Assembly (NCBI GenBank): GCA_036558325.1
Contig: DATBFU010000067.1
Coordinates: forward strand, 5,536-69,535
Source: Thermoanaerobaculia bacterium
Lineage (GTDB): Bacteria > Acidobacteriota > Thermoanaerobaculia > UBA5066 > Gp7-AA6
DNA length: 64,000 bases
Direction: 5' to 3'
The first letter of the stretch is position 1; each line of letters opens with the position of its first letter. A program made the translations under genes and the position numbers. Shown in pieces: positions 19,399 to 30,235 of the stretch. The notes beneath the pieces are model-generated. The model saw only the letters and a list, made by a program, of their open reading frames with translations. It did not search any database and was not told the DNA's origin.

Positions 19399-19644
19399 CA
19401 GATCCTCCTTCCTCAGACCGAAGCCGCTGTCGACTTAGCGCGAAGGCGGCGGCCCGCGCCGCCGGTCGCGAGGAACATTCGAGTAAACGTCGAGGGGACG
19501 GCGCTCGCAGGCGCCGCGGCGAGGCGGAGCTCCGGGTAGGGAAGACTCGGCTCGACGCATCGGCCTCCCTCTTGCGCGCGAGTCTTTCAGAGTCTCGCGC
19601 AATGTCAAGAGCAGCCGTACGGCGGGCGCCGGCGAGCCTGACGC

Positions 19645-21048
19645 CTAGTCGGACGCCTCCAAGGCCTTCACGACCGTGACGGTGCAATCGGCCTGGGCGA
19701 CGATCTGAGAGGAAACGCTGCCGAGGTATCGCCGCAGCGTGGAGCTGCCGCGCGAACCGACGAGAATCTGCGCGGCACGGTTTGCGCTGGCGAAGTCGAG
19801 GATCGCGGCGCCGGGGTCCGGCGCGCCGAGCACGTGATAGGTCGTGCGACTGGTGGGCAGTCCCAGCGGGCGGGCCCAGTGCTCGAGCTCGACGAGCCGC
19901 CGGACGTGCAGATTTCGACCCTCCTTGTCCACCAGGGCGTCCATTCCGATCCGGTGGGTCTTGAGGACGGTCACGCAAGCGAGGCGCGCTCCGGGCTGGA
20001 GGATCCGGCCGATCGCTGCGCGCATGGCGGCGTCGAGAGGTTCCGAAGGGTGGGCGAGGTCGATCGCCGCCACCACGAGCGGCTCCCGGTTCTTCCCGCG
20101 CACCCTGGCAGCGGGGACCCGGGCCTCTCCGAGGGATCGCGCGTATCGCGCCACGACGGTCCAGAACGGGTCACGGACTTCGCGCCGTGCGCGGTCGGTC
20201 AGGGCAACCCGCCTGGGATCCCGAAGCGCCGCCGCCACCTCCTCCGCGCTCGCATAGCGGGCGGAGGGATCGACCTCGAGGCAGCGGAGGACAATCTCCT
20301 GCAGCCAGGGAGGATAGTCCGGGTCGGCCATTCGGGGGGGCGAGGGGTCACGATACAGGCGACGGCGGAGGCCGCGCACGCTGGCCGGGTTGCCGAACGG
20401 ACGCCGTCCGGTCGAAAGCAGATACAGCACGACGCCGAGCGCGAAGAGGTCGCTTCGGGGATCGTCCCGAGTCCGGAGGATCTGCTCGGGCGAGATGTAG
20501 GGTCCGGTGCCGATTGGGGTCTTGAGCTCCTCCGCGAGCAGATCCGGGAGGTCCCGATGCCGGGAGGTGCCGAAATCGATCAGGACGGCCTCTCCGGTCT
20601 CGCGAAAGAGCACGTTGCTCGGTTTGACGTCCAGGTGGATGACGTGCTGCCGGTGAATGTCGGCGAGCGCCGTGGCCACGCGCGCGCCGATGGCCGCGAC
20701 GTCGCCGGACGGCAGAGGCGCATCGGTCAGGCGCGCGCGGAGCGAGGGAAGCGAAAGGTACTCCATGACGATGTACGGTTCCGTCGAGAGGCCCTGGGAC
20801 GCGACGAACCGGGGAACGTGCACCCCGGTCAGGAGGGGCAGGATCCCGGCCTCGACTTCGAAGCCGACGATCGCAGCCGGATCGTCGAACTCCCGGAGGA
20901 GGGGAATTTTCATGGCGAGCGGCTTCCCGGGCGCCGACGCCGAGGCGACGCGCCAGATGTTCGACATGCGCCCGCGGTGGAGGATCTCTTCGAGCCGAAA
21001 TCCTCCGACGACCGCCCCCGGTTCGTGATGGCGGCAGTCTCCGGTCAC
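19645..21048 (-). CDS. Hanks-type Ser/Thr protein kinase fused to a C-terminal universal stress protein (UspA) domain
   Basis: HLDVKPSNVLF catalytic loop, DFGTSR, PEQ. C-terminal about 140 aa VVAAIDLAHPSE...ILVGSRGSSTLRRYLGSVSSQIV is a UspA fold. GTG start with GGGAGGAG RBS. Confidence 0.8.
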   Translation of the reverse strand: MTGDCRHHEPGAVVGGFRLEEILHRGRMSNIWRVASASAPGKPLAMKIPLLREFDDPAAIVGFEVEAGILPLLTGVHVPRFVASQGLSTEPYIVMEYLSLPSLRARLTDAPLPSGDVAAIGARVATALADIHRQHVIHLDVKPSNVLFRETGEAVLIDFGTSRHRDLPDLLAEELKTPIGTGPYISPEQILRTRDDPRSDLFALGVVLYLLSTGRRPFGNPASVRGLRRRLYRDPSPPRMADPDYPPWLQEIVLRCLEVDPSARYASAEEVAAALRDPRRVALTDRARREVRDPFWTVVARYARSLGEARVPAARVRGKNREPLVVAAIDLAHPSEPLDAAMRAAIGRILQPGARLACVTVLKTHRIGMDALVDKEGRNLHVRRLVELEHWARPLGLPTSRTTYHVLGAPDPGAAILDFASANRAAQILVGSRGSSTLRRYLGSVSSQIVAQADCTVTVVKALEASD

Positions 21049-21149
21049 GCTCCTCCCTTTCGCGCCCGAACGCTGTGACGATGTTAGTCCACCGGCCGGG
21101 AGCCGGCCCTCGACTGCAATAAGATCGACTCGAACGGAGGAGGGACGAC

Positions 21150-23117
<1,968 letters not shown>

Positions 23118-23152
23118 TCGGCGCGATTCGGCAGCCCGATTTCGGTCTTACA

Positions 23153-24322
23153 ATGGCCCCGGTGACCAATCTCGAGTCGGTCTTCGACGCGCGGACGCTC
23201 GCGCGCCTGGATCGCTGGCGGAAAGCGCGTGCTCTCTTCCTCCGACCCGACACCACGACGGCCGAACGCGCCCTCTCGGAGATCCTGGAGAAACGGTGGC
23301 TGCGCGCGCAGGTCTACGGGCGGGCGCGTCGCGTGCTGGCCGAGCGGATCCCGTTCCTGCTGCCGGAGCTGCTGCAGAAGCTCGGACCGGCGGCGGAGCA
23401 GGTGCGCGTCTCGCCCGAGGACATGAACCAGACCAAATGGGACGCGATCGGGAACCTTATGCCCCTGACGCTCGCCTGCCGGCAGGTGCGCGCGCTGTGG
23501 CTCCTCGACGTTCTGCGTTCCGGGAGCATCTACGTCGAGTTCCAGCCGATCTTCGATCTGCGCAGCGGCGAGGCGTTGGGCTACGAGGGCCTTCTGCGCG
23601 GCCAGTCTCCCGACGGGGCACGGCACCTCGCGGCCGAAATCTTTCCCGCGGCGGTCGTGCTCGGCATCGAGGCGCCGTTCGAGAGGCTTTCCTGGATCTC
23701 CGTTCTCGACGCGGCCAAGCGGCTGCCGTCGGAGTCCATGGTCTTCCTGAACGTGAACCCGGAGCTGCTGGCCGCGGCGGATTCCTCGCTCGCGCGCCTC
23801 GGAGAGGAGGCGGAGCGGATGGAGTTCCCGTACGCCCGCCTCGCTCTCGATCTCGTCGAGATCGAGCGGATGCAGTCGCTGGATCTCCTGCAGAAGGCGC
23901 TCGCCGTTCCGCACGACCTGGGCGTCGCGATCGCGCTCGACGACGTGACGTCGGGCTACGGGACCCTCAAGTACTGCTCCGGCCTCGCCCCGCGTTGGAT
24001 CAAGGTGGACAGCGAGATCACGCGCAGCATCCGCGGAGACGCCCAGCGCCGGGCGATCCTGCAGCTGCTCGCCCAGGTCGCGCGGGAGGCGCGCGTGGGT
24101 CTCATCGCGGAAGGCATCGAGTTCGCCGACGATCTCGACGTCTGCCTCGAGGAGGGCGTCTTCGCGGCGCAGGGCTACTTCCTGGCGCGCCCCGGTGCCG
24201 AGCCGCCCGAGCCGACCGAGGAATTTCGGTCGTGGCTCGAGGCGCGCCGCGGGACGGCGGGGGAGCCGCGGCCGGCCGCGCCGGTCGAGACGGCGGACGC
24301 CGAGCCCGCCGACGACCTGTAG
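23153..24322 (+). CDS. EAL-domain protein (c-di-GMP phosphodiesterase-like, atypical EFQ in place of EAL)
   Basis: YVEFQPIFDL...ALDDVTSGYGTLKY...WIKVDSEITRSI...EGIEFADDLDVCLEEGVFAAQGYFLARP matches the EAL fold. Confidence 0.75.
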   Translation: MAPVTNLESVFDARTLARLDRWRKARALFLRPDTTTAERALSEILEKRWLRAQVYGRARRVLAERIPFLLPELLQKLGPAAEQVRVSPEDMNQTKWDAIGNLMPLTLACRQVRALWLLDVLRSGSIYVEFQPIFDLRSGEALGYEGLLRGQSPDGARHLAAEIFPAAVVLGIEAPFERLSWISVLDAAKRLPSESMVFLNVNPELLAAADSSLARLGEEAERMEFPYARLALDLVEIERMQSLDLLQKALAVPHDLGVAIALDDVTSGYGTLKYCSGLAPRWIKVDSEITRSIRGDAQRRAILQLLAQVAREARVGLIAEGIEFADDLDVCLEEGVFAAQGYFLARPGAEPPEPTEEFRSWLEARRGTAGEPRPAAPVETADAEPADDL

Positions 24323-24350
24323 CGCCGGAGCGCCCCCCGCGGAGGACGCC

Positions 24351-24746
24351 CTGGCGCCGCCGGAATCCTCGCCCGAAACGGTCCGCGTCGACGTCTGGCT
24401 CGACGTCGCGTGCGTCCTTCCGACGCGGGCCCAGGCGAAGCTCGCCTGCGAGGGCGGCAAGGTGGACGTCAACGGAGAGCGCGCGCGGGCGCATCGGCGC
24501 ATCCGCGAGGGCGACCGGGTGGGCGTGACGACGCCGCGGGGACGGCGGGAGCTCGTCGTCCGGGGCCTCGCGGAGCGCTCCATTCCCCGGTCCCTCGCGC
24601 GAACCCTCTACGAGGACGTCACCCCGCCTCCGTCGGCCGAGCAGATCGAGGTGCGGCGGCTCGATCGGATGCTCGCCCCGCGGCGGGACGAGGGCCGGCC
24701 GGATCGGAGAGAGCGCCGGGAGCGCCGCCGGCGCAAGGGCTGGTAG
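24351..24746 (+). CDS. ribosome-associated heat shock protein Hsp15-like S4 RNA-binding protein (start unresolved; CTG at 24351 proposed)
   Basis: VRVDVWLDVACVLPTRAQAKLACEGGKVDVNGERA aligns to E. coli Hsp15 VEVRLDKWLWAARFYKTRALAREMIEGGKVHYNGQRS. There is no ATG/GTG/TTG between the EAL stop (24322) and the domain. GGAGGA lies 4-5 nt before the CTG at 24351. The alternative is ATG 24195 overlapping EAL by 128 nt. Confidence 0.55.
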   Translation: MAPPESSPETVRVDVWLDVACVLPTRAQAKLACEGGKVDVNGERARAHRRIREGDRVGVTTPRGRRELVVRGLAERSIPRSLARTLYEDVTPPPSAEQIEVRRLDRMLAPRRDEGRPDRRERRERRRRKGW

Positions 24747-24867
24747 CGGCCGCCTGCCCGCTCTTCCGCGCCGGTCGAGGTTGGCGATCGGCGTGCGCTG
24801 CGGTCAGGCGAACGTCGGGCTCCGCCGCGCTTCGGAACGCGGCGCCGAGCGGAAGTAGACTTGGCTC

Positions 24868-25155
24868 GTGGACTTCGAGGTGCTCTGCCCCTGCTGCAAC
24901 GCGCGATTGAAGGTCGACGCGGAGTTGAAAGCCGTGATCGACCACGAGGCGCCCAAGACCGCACGGAAGTTTGCCTCCGTCGACGACGCCGTGGGGGCGC
25001 TCAAGACGCACGACGAAGAGCGGGAAAAGAAGTTCGCGGCCTCGGTCGAGGCGGAGAAGTCGAAGAAAGACGTCCTCAATCGGAAGTTCGAGGAGCTCTT
25101 TCAGAAGTCGAAGGGCGATACCTCGAAGCCCGTTCGCGACATCGACCTGGACTAG
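24868..25155 (+). CDS. small zinc-ribbon protein (MJ0042-like N-terminal CPCC finger, Lys/Glu-rich tail)
   Basis: GTG start. VLCPCCNARLKVDAELKAV. Lower local GC and clean codon usage. 20 nt upstream of the next gene. Confidence 0.45.
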   Translation: MDFEVLCPCCNARLKVDAELKAVIDHEAPKTARKFASVDDAVGALKTHDEEREKKFAASVEAEKSKKDVLNRKFEELFQKSKGDTSKPVRDIDLD

Positions 25156-25174
25156 CGGCGGCGGGTCCAGTCGG

Positions 25175-27070
25175 ATGGGGCGAGCCTCGAGAATCGCGGT
25201 CCTGGCCTGCGTGGCGTTCGCGGCGGCGTCGCCGCCGGCCCGCGGGTGGATCTATTCGGAGCACCGCGCCATCACCGCCCGCGGTCTCGACACGCTCGAT
25301 CCGCGGCACCGCGGGCTGCTCGACGCGGTCTGGTCGCAGGCGCGTTCCGACCGCGGCGTGCGTCTCTGCCAGGCCCTGGACGCCGGGACACAGGGCGAGA
25401 AGCCGGCGTGCATCGATCTCGCCGCCTGGCCTGCGATCGCCGGCGATCACTCCTGCACGCCGCCGGAGCTGCTCGCGACGATCCTCGAAAGCGACTGGAT
25501 TCTGCCGGTGGCCGCCATCGCCGAGCGGACGGGAGAAAAGATCTCGAAGGCGAAGAACGAGAGCGAGCGCCGGAACGCTCAGATGAACGGCGATCTGGGC
25601 CTCGAGCGGACGGACAAGGAATATTCGACGCGCGCGGGGGCGAGCAATGCGCACTTTCTGCTGCCGCGCGGCGTGGCGGATCCGAAATCCTATGCCGCGG
25701 AAGCGTTGCGGGGCGGCGCCGAGCCCAACGCGATGGCTCTCTACGTCCTTTTCCACCTGGCCGCGATGCATCGGGCGGCGGCGGCGGGCGAATCGGGACC
25801 GCCGTCTCCGGGGGAGGCCCGCGAGATCCTGGCGCTCGAGTCGTTCGCTCTCCACTTCCTCGAGGATTCCTTCGCCGCCGGGCATATCGCAGGCTCCTGG
25901 GGGAAGGCGGCCGAGCGCAAAGGCACGCACGATTACTACAACGAGCACGGCCTCGACACGGAAACGTGGAAGCACGAGTCGATCGTCCTGTTCGGCGACG
26001 GACACATGCAGTCGGTAGACCTCGCGCGCGCCGGCGAGGCGGTCCGCCGGAGCCTCGCGGAGGTCCTGGACGCGGGAGTTCCCGGAATGGACGCGCAGCG
26101 TGCGTCGCTCGCCGTGACGCCGCCGGAAGGCGTCGTCTCCGGCAGCTTCAATCTCTGCCTCGCCGCGCACATGCCCGACTGGCCGATTCCGGATTCCATG
26201 GATCCCTTTCTCCGCGAGGTGCTCCTCGAAACTCCGATTCCGTTCCGCGGCCAGGGAGTCGCGTCGCTGCCGAGATTCCGCGCCGAGATCGGTTCATTCC
26301 TCGGCGTCGTGAGCGGCTTTTCCTTCCTGGGCGCGGATGGTGGTTTCGTCGCCGGCAACAGCGGCGGCGCCCAGGGATCGCTCGACGTGGGCCTGCGCCT
26401 CGGCGTGGGCCTCGACGCGCTGCTCGGAGACGGCGGCGACGGTCTCCTCTACCTCCAGGGCGGCATCTCGATGCAGTCGCGCTCCTCCGGAAGCTGCGAG
26501 CCCTACTGCTCGAGCGACCCGCTCATCCAGCAGTTCGTGCCGGGCGTGCCGGCGCGGACCGGATTGTCGCTGCGGCTCCGGATGCCCTACTGGCTCATTC
26601 CGGGAGACCTGATCCTCGCGACGCCGATCCTCGCCTTCACCGATCCCAAACTTCTCGAGAAGATGGCGATCACGGCCGCCGACGGCGGTCTCGTTCCATG
26701 GCAGACCAAGCTCTCGACGCCCTTTGGGCGCGTCCAGTTCGTGCTCGGTCGCGAGGTGGCCGTCCATCTCTTCGGCCGTCTCGCCGGGAAGGACGCGTTT
26801 CTGGCGATCAATCCGGACGGCCCGAACGGCCAGCCCGTCCTGACGCCGGTGGCGATCCGGTCGATCCAGTGGGATTTCCCGCTCGTCGAGCTCCGTCCGT
26901 TCCGCGAGTACGGGACGCGCTATGCGTTCGCCGGCTTCCTGCAGATCGGGGGCGGCTTCGACCGGCCGCTCGACGCGGAGACGCTTCTGGCCGGGCAGGC
27001 GCTGCCCAAGCTCAAGACCCGCTACTTCGGCTATGTCCGCATCTATTTCGACGGCCGGCGCTACTTCTGA
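25175..27070 (+). CDS. secreted protein, zinc-dependent phospholipase C / S1-P1 nuclease-like N-terminal domain, large C-terminal region ending in Phe
   Basis: Signal peptide MGRASRIAVLACVAFAAASPPARG, then WIYSEH (predicted N-terminal Trp after cleavage, as in PLC/P1 nuclease). HFLEDSFAAGH resembles the H-[FY]-x-x-D-x(5)-H zinc motif. C-terminus ...RIYFDGRRYF. Confidence 0.5.
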   Translation: MGRASRIAVLACVAFAAASPPARGWIYSEHRAITARGLDTLDPRHRGLLDAVWSQARSDRGVRLCQALDAGTQGEKPACIDLAAWPAIAGDHSCTPPELLATILESDWILPVAAIAERTGEKISKAKNESERRNAQMNGDLGLERTDKEYSTRAGASNAHFLLPRGVADPKSYAAEALRGGAEPNAMALYVLFHLAAMHRAAAAGESGPPSPGEAREILALESFALHFLEDSFAAGHIAGSWGKAAERKGTHDYYNEHGLDTETWKHESIVLFGDGHMQSVDLARAGEAVRRSLAEVLDAGVPGMDAQRASLAVTPPEGVVSGSFNLCLAAHMPDWPIPDSMDPFLREVLLETPIPFRGQGVASLPRFRAEIGSFLGVVSGFSFLGADGGFVAGNSGGAQGSLDVGLRLGVGLDALLGDGGDGLLYLQGGISMQSRSSGSCEPYCSSDPLIQQFVPGVPARTGLSLRLRMPYWLIPGDLILATPILAFTDPKLLEKMAITAADGGLVPWQTKLSTPFGRVQFVLGREVAVHLFGRLAGKDAFLAINPDGPNGQPVLTPVAIRSIQWDFPLVELRPFREYGTRYAFAGFLQIGGGFDRPLDAETLLAGQALPKLKTRYFGYVRIYFDGRRYF

Positions 27071-27085
27071 GGCCGGCGGGCGCCA

Positions 27086-28057
27086 TCACGGCGCCGGCGC
27101 CTTCGCGTAAGCCATCGCCCGGAGCAGCGCGATCCGCCGGGCGATCGGAGGGTGCGTCGAGAAGAGGCTCGCCCAGGCGCCGGAACGCTCGTTGATCGGT
27201 CTTCCCAGCGGATCGGCGATGCAGAGCTGCGCCACGCCCTGCTTGATCGAAGGGGTCGGCGCCACGGCGGCGTCGATCTTCTCGAGCGCCGAGGCGAGCG
27301 CGAGGGGGTTGCGCGTCAGCTCGGCGCCCGAAGCGTCGGCCAGGTACTCGCGTTCGCGTGAAAGGGCGAGCGCGACGAGCCGCGCCACCAGGGGCGCGAG
27401 CAGCAGCGAGACGACCCAGAGCACGAAGAAGACGATCCCGAAGAGGCCCGAGCGGCCCTCGCGGCGCCCCGCCGCGCGGCCGCCGCCCCAGCGCAGGCCG
27501 CGCCGCGACGCGTCCGCCACGAGCAGGATCGCCCCCGCGAGCGCCGCCACGACGGTCATGAGGCGGATGTCGAGATTGCGTACGTGCGACATCTCGTGCG
27601 CCACGACGCCCTGCAGCTCTTCGCGGTTGAGCGCGTCGAGCGTCCCGCGCGTGACGGCGATCGACGCGCGAGCGGGGCCGGGTCCGGTGGCGAACGCGTT
27701 CGGATCGGAATCCGGAATCACATAGACGGACGGCTTGGGAATCCCGGCGGCGATCGCCATCTCCTCGACGACGTTGTCGAGCGCGCGCTCGGCCGGATCG
27801 GCCGGGTTCAGCGGCCGCGCCGTCGCGGATTCGAGGATCGCGCGATCGCCCGAGGAGAGCGCCCACCACGCCGAGAGACCGCCGAAGGCCAGGGCGCCGA
27901 TCGTGCAGATCGGCACGCCCGGAGACCCTCCGGCGCCGTAGAGGAAGCCGTCCGCGCCGAGGCCGAGGATCGTGAGAAAGAGGACGATCGCGGCGAGAAA
28001 AACGGCCGTGCGCTCCCGATTGCGCTTCTGCTGCTCGTAGAGGTTGGTCGCGCTCAA
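27086..28057 (-). CDS. htpX: protease HtpX homolog (M48 zinc metalloprotease)
   Basis: HEMSH zinc motif, two N-terminal TMs, about 320 aa. Confidence 0.9.
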   Translation of the reverse strand: MSATNLYEQQKRNRERTAVFLAAIVLFLTILGLGADGFLYGAGGSPGVPICTIGALAFGGLSAWWALSSGDRAILESATARPLNPADPAERALDNVVEEMAIAAGIPKPSVYVIPDSDPNAFATGPGPARASIAVTRGTLDALNREELQGVVAHEMSHVRNLDIRLMTVVAALAGAILLVADASRRGLRWGGGRAAGRREGRSGLFGIVFFVLWVVSLLLAPLVARLVALALSREREYLADASGAELTRNPLALASALEKIDAAVAPTPSIKQGVAQLCIADPLGRPINERSGAWASLFSTHPPIARRIALLRAMAYAKAPAP

Positions 28058-28067
28058 CGCGCCGGAA

Positions 28068-28649
28068 TCAGGACGGTCGGACGGAGAGGTCCACCTTGGG
28101 GACTTCGCGCTCCGCCGCGTCGCGGATCTCGTAGAGCTCGACCGGCTGGAATCGGAAGGTCTGCGCGATGAAGCTGTCGGGGAAGACCTGCTGCGCCGTG
28201 TTGAAGCGCGTCGCGAGATCGTTGTAGAACTGCCGCGCGAATCCGATCTTGTTCTCGGTCGAGGTCAGCTCCTCCATCAGCGCCCGCACGCTCTCGTTCG
28301 ACTTGAGGTTCGGGTAGCTCTCCGCGAGCGCGAAGAGCCGGGACAGCGTCTGGGTGAGCTGGTTCTCTTTCTGCGCGGTGTCCGCCACGCCGTGTGCGCC
28401 CGCCGCCGCGTTGCGCGCCGCGATGACCTTTTCGAGGGTGTCCTGCTCGAACTGCATCTCCCCCTTGACCGAGGCGATGAGGTTGGGGATGAGGTCGTGG
28501 CGGCGCTTCAGCTGGACGTCGATCTGCTTCCAGGCGTTGGCGACCTGATTCTTCAGGGAAACGAGGTTGTTGTAGCGCCAGATCGCCCAGATGGCCGCGA
28601 CGAACGCGAGGGCGACGAGAAAGAACAGGCAGCCTCCGACGGCCATCAT
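28068..28649 (-). CDS. lemA: LemA family protein
   Basis: N-terminal TM plus the conserved LemA core (WKQIDVQLKRRHDLIPNLIASVKGEM..., FYNDLATRFN). 10 nt upstream of htpX. Confidence 0.9.
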   Translation of the reverse strand: MMAVGGCLFFLVALAFVAAIWAIWRYNNLVSLKNQVANAWKQIDVQLKRRHDLIPNLIASVKGEMQFEQDTLEKVIAARNAAAGAHGVADTAQKENQLTQTLSRLFALAESYPNLKSNESVRALMEELTSTENKIGFARQFYNDLATRFNTAQQVFPDSFIAQTFRFQPVELYEIRDAAEREVPKVDLSVRPS

Positions 28650-28653
28650 CGCG

Positions 28654-29784
28654 TCAGGCGTTCAGTCCCTGCCGCAGCTCCCGGGACAGGATCTCGACGG
28701 CCGACCGCGTCCCGCCGGTCATCTTTTCCTTCCAGACGGTGTCGGTCTCGAAGCGGCGGTCGCCGATGGATTCGGCCCACGGCCGCAGGGCGGCGTCGAG
28801 CTCGCTCGCCGACCAGACGTCGCCGCCGCGGCTGCGGGTCATGGCGATGACGTAAGGCACCGTCCGGATGAACGCGCGCAGCGCCGTCGAGCTCTTGATC
28901 GAGTATTTGCGGCCCGCAAACGCCGCCGGGAAGGCCTTCGCCGCCGCCTTGAAATAATTGAGGAAGAATCGGCGTGCGTTCTCGCGGAACTCCCGGGCGA
29001 TCCGTCCGCCGGCGGCATCCATCGCCGCGAAAACGTCGCGCAGCTCGTCCGCGAGCGATGCCTGGGTGACCGCGCCCTTGCCGATGCCGAGCACCTTGAT
29101 CTGACCCTTCAGCGGCGAGTGCTCGTCCTCGTTCAGCGCGCGGATGATGTCGTGCGCGGCGGCGAGGTTCTCGTCGCGGTAGAGGCGCCGTCCGGAGAGC
29201 GAGATCAGATGCGAAGGGTTGAGCTTGGTGTGCTTGCTGTTGATCGTCACGAAGAGCTCGACGACCTGATCCGGCGTCAGGGAATCGAAGACGACGGCCG
29301 GGACCTGGAAGTCCTTCAGGTTGTGCTTCTCCGCGAGCTGGTGCAGGGCGAGCAGCCGGTGCTGTCCGTCGAGCGCCCGCAGGATGCCGGACTCGTCCGG
29401 CAGCTTCAAGGTGCCGATGTCGTTGCGCGAGGCCGAGGAGGTGAAGTCGAGCCGCTTCTCGGACACGAGCAGCACGCTGCCGGGAATCGCCGGGAGCGTC
29501 CCGGAATCCGCGCACTGGAGGTAGTAGGCGACGAGCTCCTCGATCTTCTTCTGGATGATGGGCCGCTGGAACGCCTGCTCGGAGGCCGCGATCTTTTTCT
29601 CCAGGAACTCCCAGTTCACCCGGACTTCCTTGCCCTTGCGCGCGTGGGGCCGCGTGGTTTGCGAATGCGGCCCGAAGGAGAGGACCTCGAAGCCGACCAG
29701 GGTCTGGAGGTCGGCGCCGGACAGCAGAGCCTCGTAGAACCGCACGCCGAATTGGTTCAGCCGGAGCGAGGGAACAGACAGCAT
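28654..29784 (-). CDS. DGQHR domain-containing protein (DndB-like, ParB/Srx superfamily)
   Basis: Motif RALDGQHRLLALHQL. Second ATG (29782-29784) chosen because AAGGGGGG lies 7 nt upstream and the first ATG sits inside a TATAAT box. The stop is 4 nt before the lemA start. Confidence 0.8.
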   Translation of the reverse strand: MLSVPSLRLNQFGVRFYEALLSGADLQTLVGFEVLSFGPHSQTTRPHARKGKEVRVNWEFLEKKIAASEQAFQRPIIQKKIEELVAYYLQCADSGTLPAIPGSVLLVSEKRLDFTSSASRNDIGTLKLPDESGILRALDGQHRLLALHQLAEKHNLKDFQVPAVVFDSLTPDQVVELFVTINSKHTKLNPSHLISLSGRRLYRDENLAAAHDIIRALNEDEHSPLKGQIKVLGIGKGAVTQASLADELRDVFAAMDAAGGRIAREFRENARRFFLNYFKAAAKAFPAAFAGRKYSIKSSTALRAFIRTVPYVIAMTRSRGGDVWSASELDAALRPWAESIGDRRFETDTVWKEKMTGGTRSAVEILSRELRQGLNA

Positions 29785-29847
29785 CCGGATCCCCCCTTGT
29801 CGCGGGCGCATTATATGTAAGGGCCCGGCGAGGGCCCGGCCGGATCG

Positions 29848-30192
29848 TCAGGGAGGGGAGATCGCCCGCCAGTCGGCCGCGCCGGCCATCCGTTCGTGCA
29901 TCTGGGACGCCCCGGCGAGGATTCCCCGCAGCTCGGCGGTCAGGAGCTTTTCGAGGTCCGGGAGGTTCGCCGGATCGGCGAGCGGAACCGAGCACTCGAT
30001 GGCCGTCTGGCCGAGCGAGGCGAAGAAGGGCGACGGCCGGCGGGTCCAGTCGGACTCGTTGCGCCGGTGCTTGGTCATCAGGAAGGCGGCGAGTCGGCGC
30101 TCATCCCAGGGCTCGATGAGCGTCCAGCGAAAGTTCGCCCGGGCGCCCTTGTGCTGCACTTCGGGCTTCTCCGCGGCCAGAGCGATCGACAT
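29848..30192 (-). CDS. hypothetical protein
   Basis: 114-aa ORF upstream of the DGQHR gene. AT-rich divergent promoter region upstream (30193-30235). No recognisable domain. Confidence 0.4.
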   Translation of the reverse strand: MSIALAAEKPEVQHKGARANFRWTLIEPWDERRLAAFLMTKHRRNESDWTRRPSPFFASLGQTAIECSVPLADPANLPDLEKLLTAELRGILAGASQMHERMAGAADWRAISPP

Positions 30193-30235
30193 AGATTTGG
30201 TTTAAAGATAGCATCCGCGTCAAAACGAGCCACCC

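Noticed and set aside
19386-19679. ORF in the MFS / kinase intergenic region
   Set aside because: The arginine-rich translation overlaps a promoter region. It is a GC artifact.
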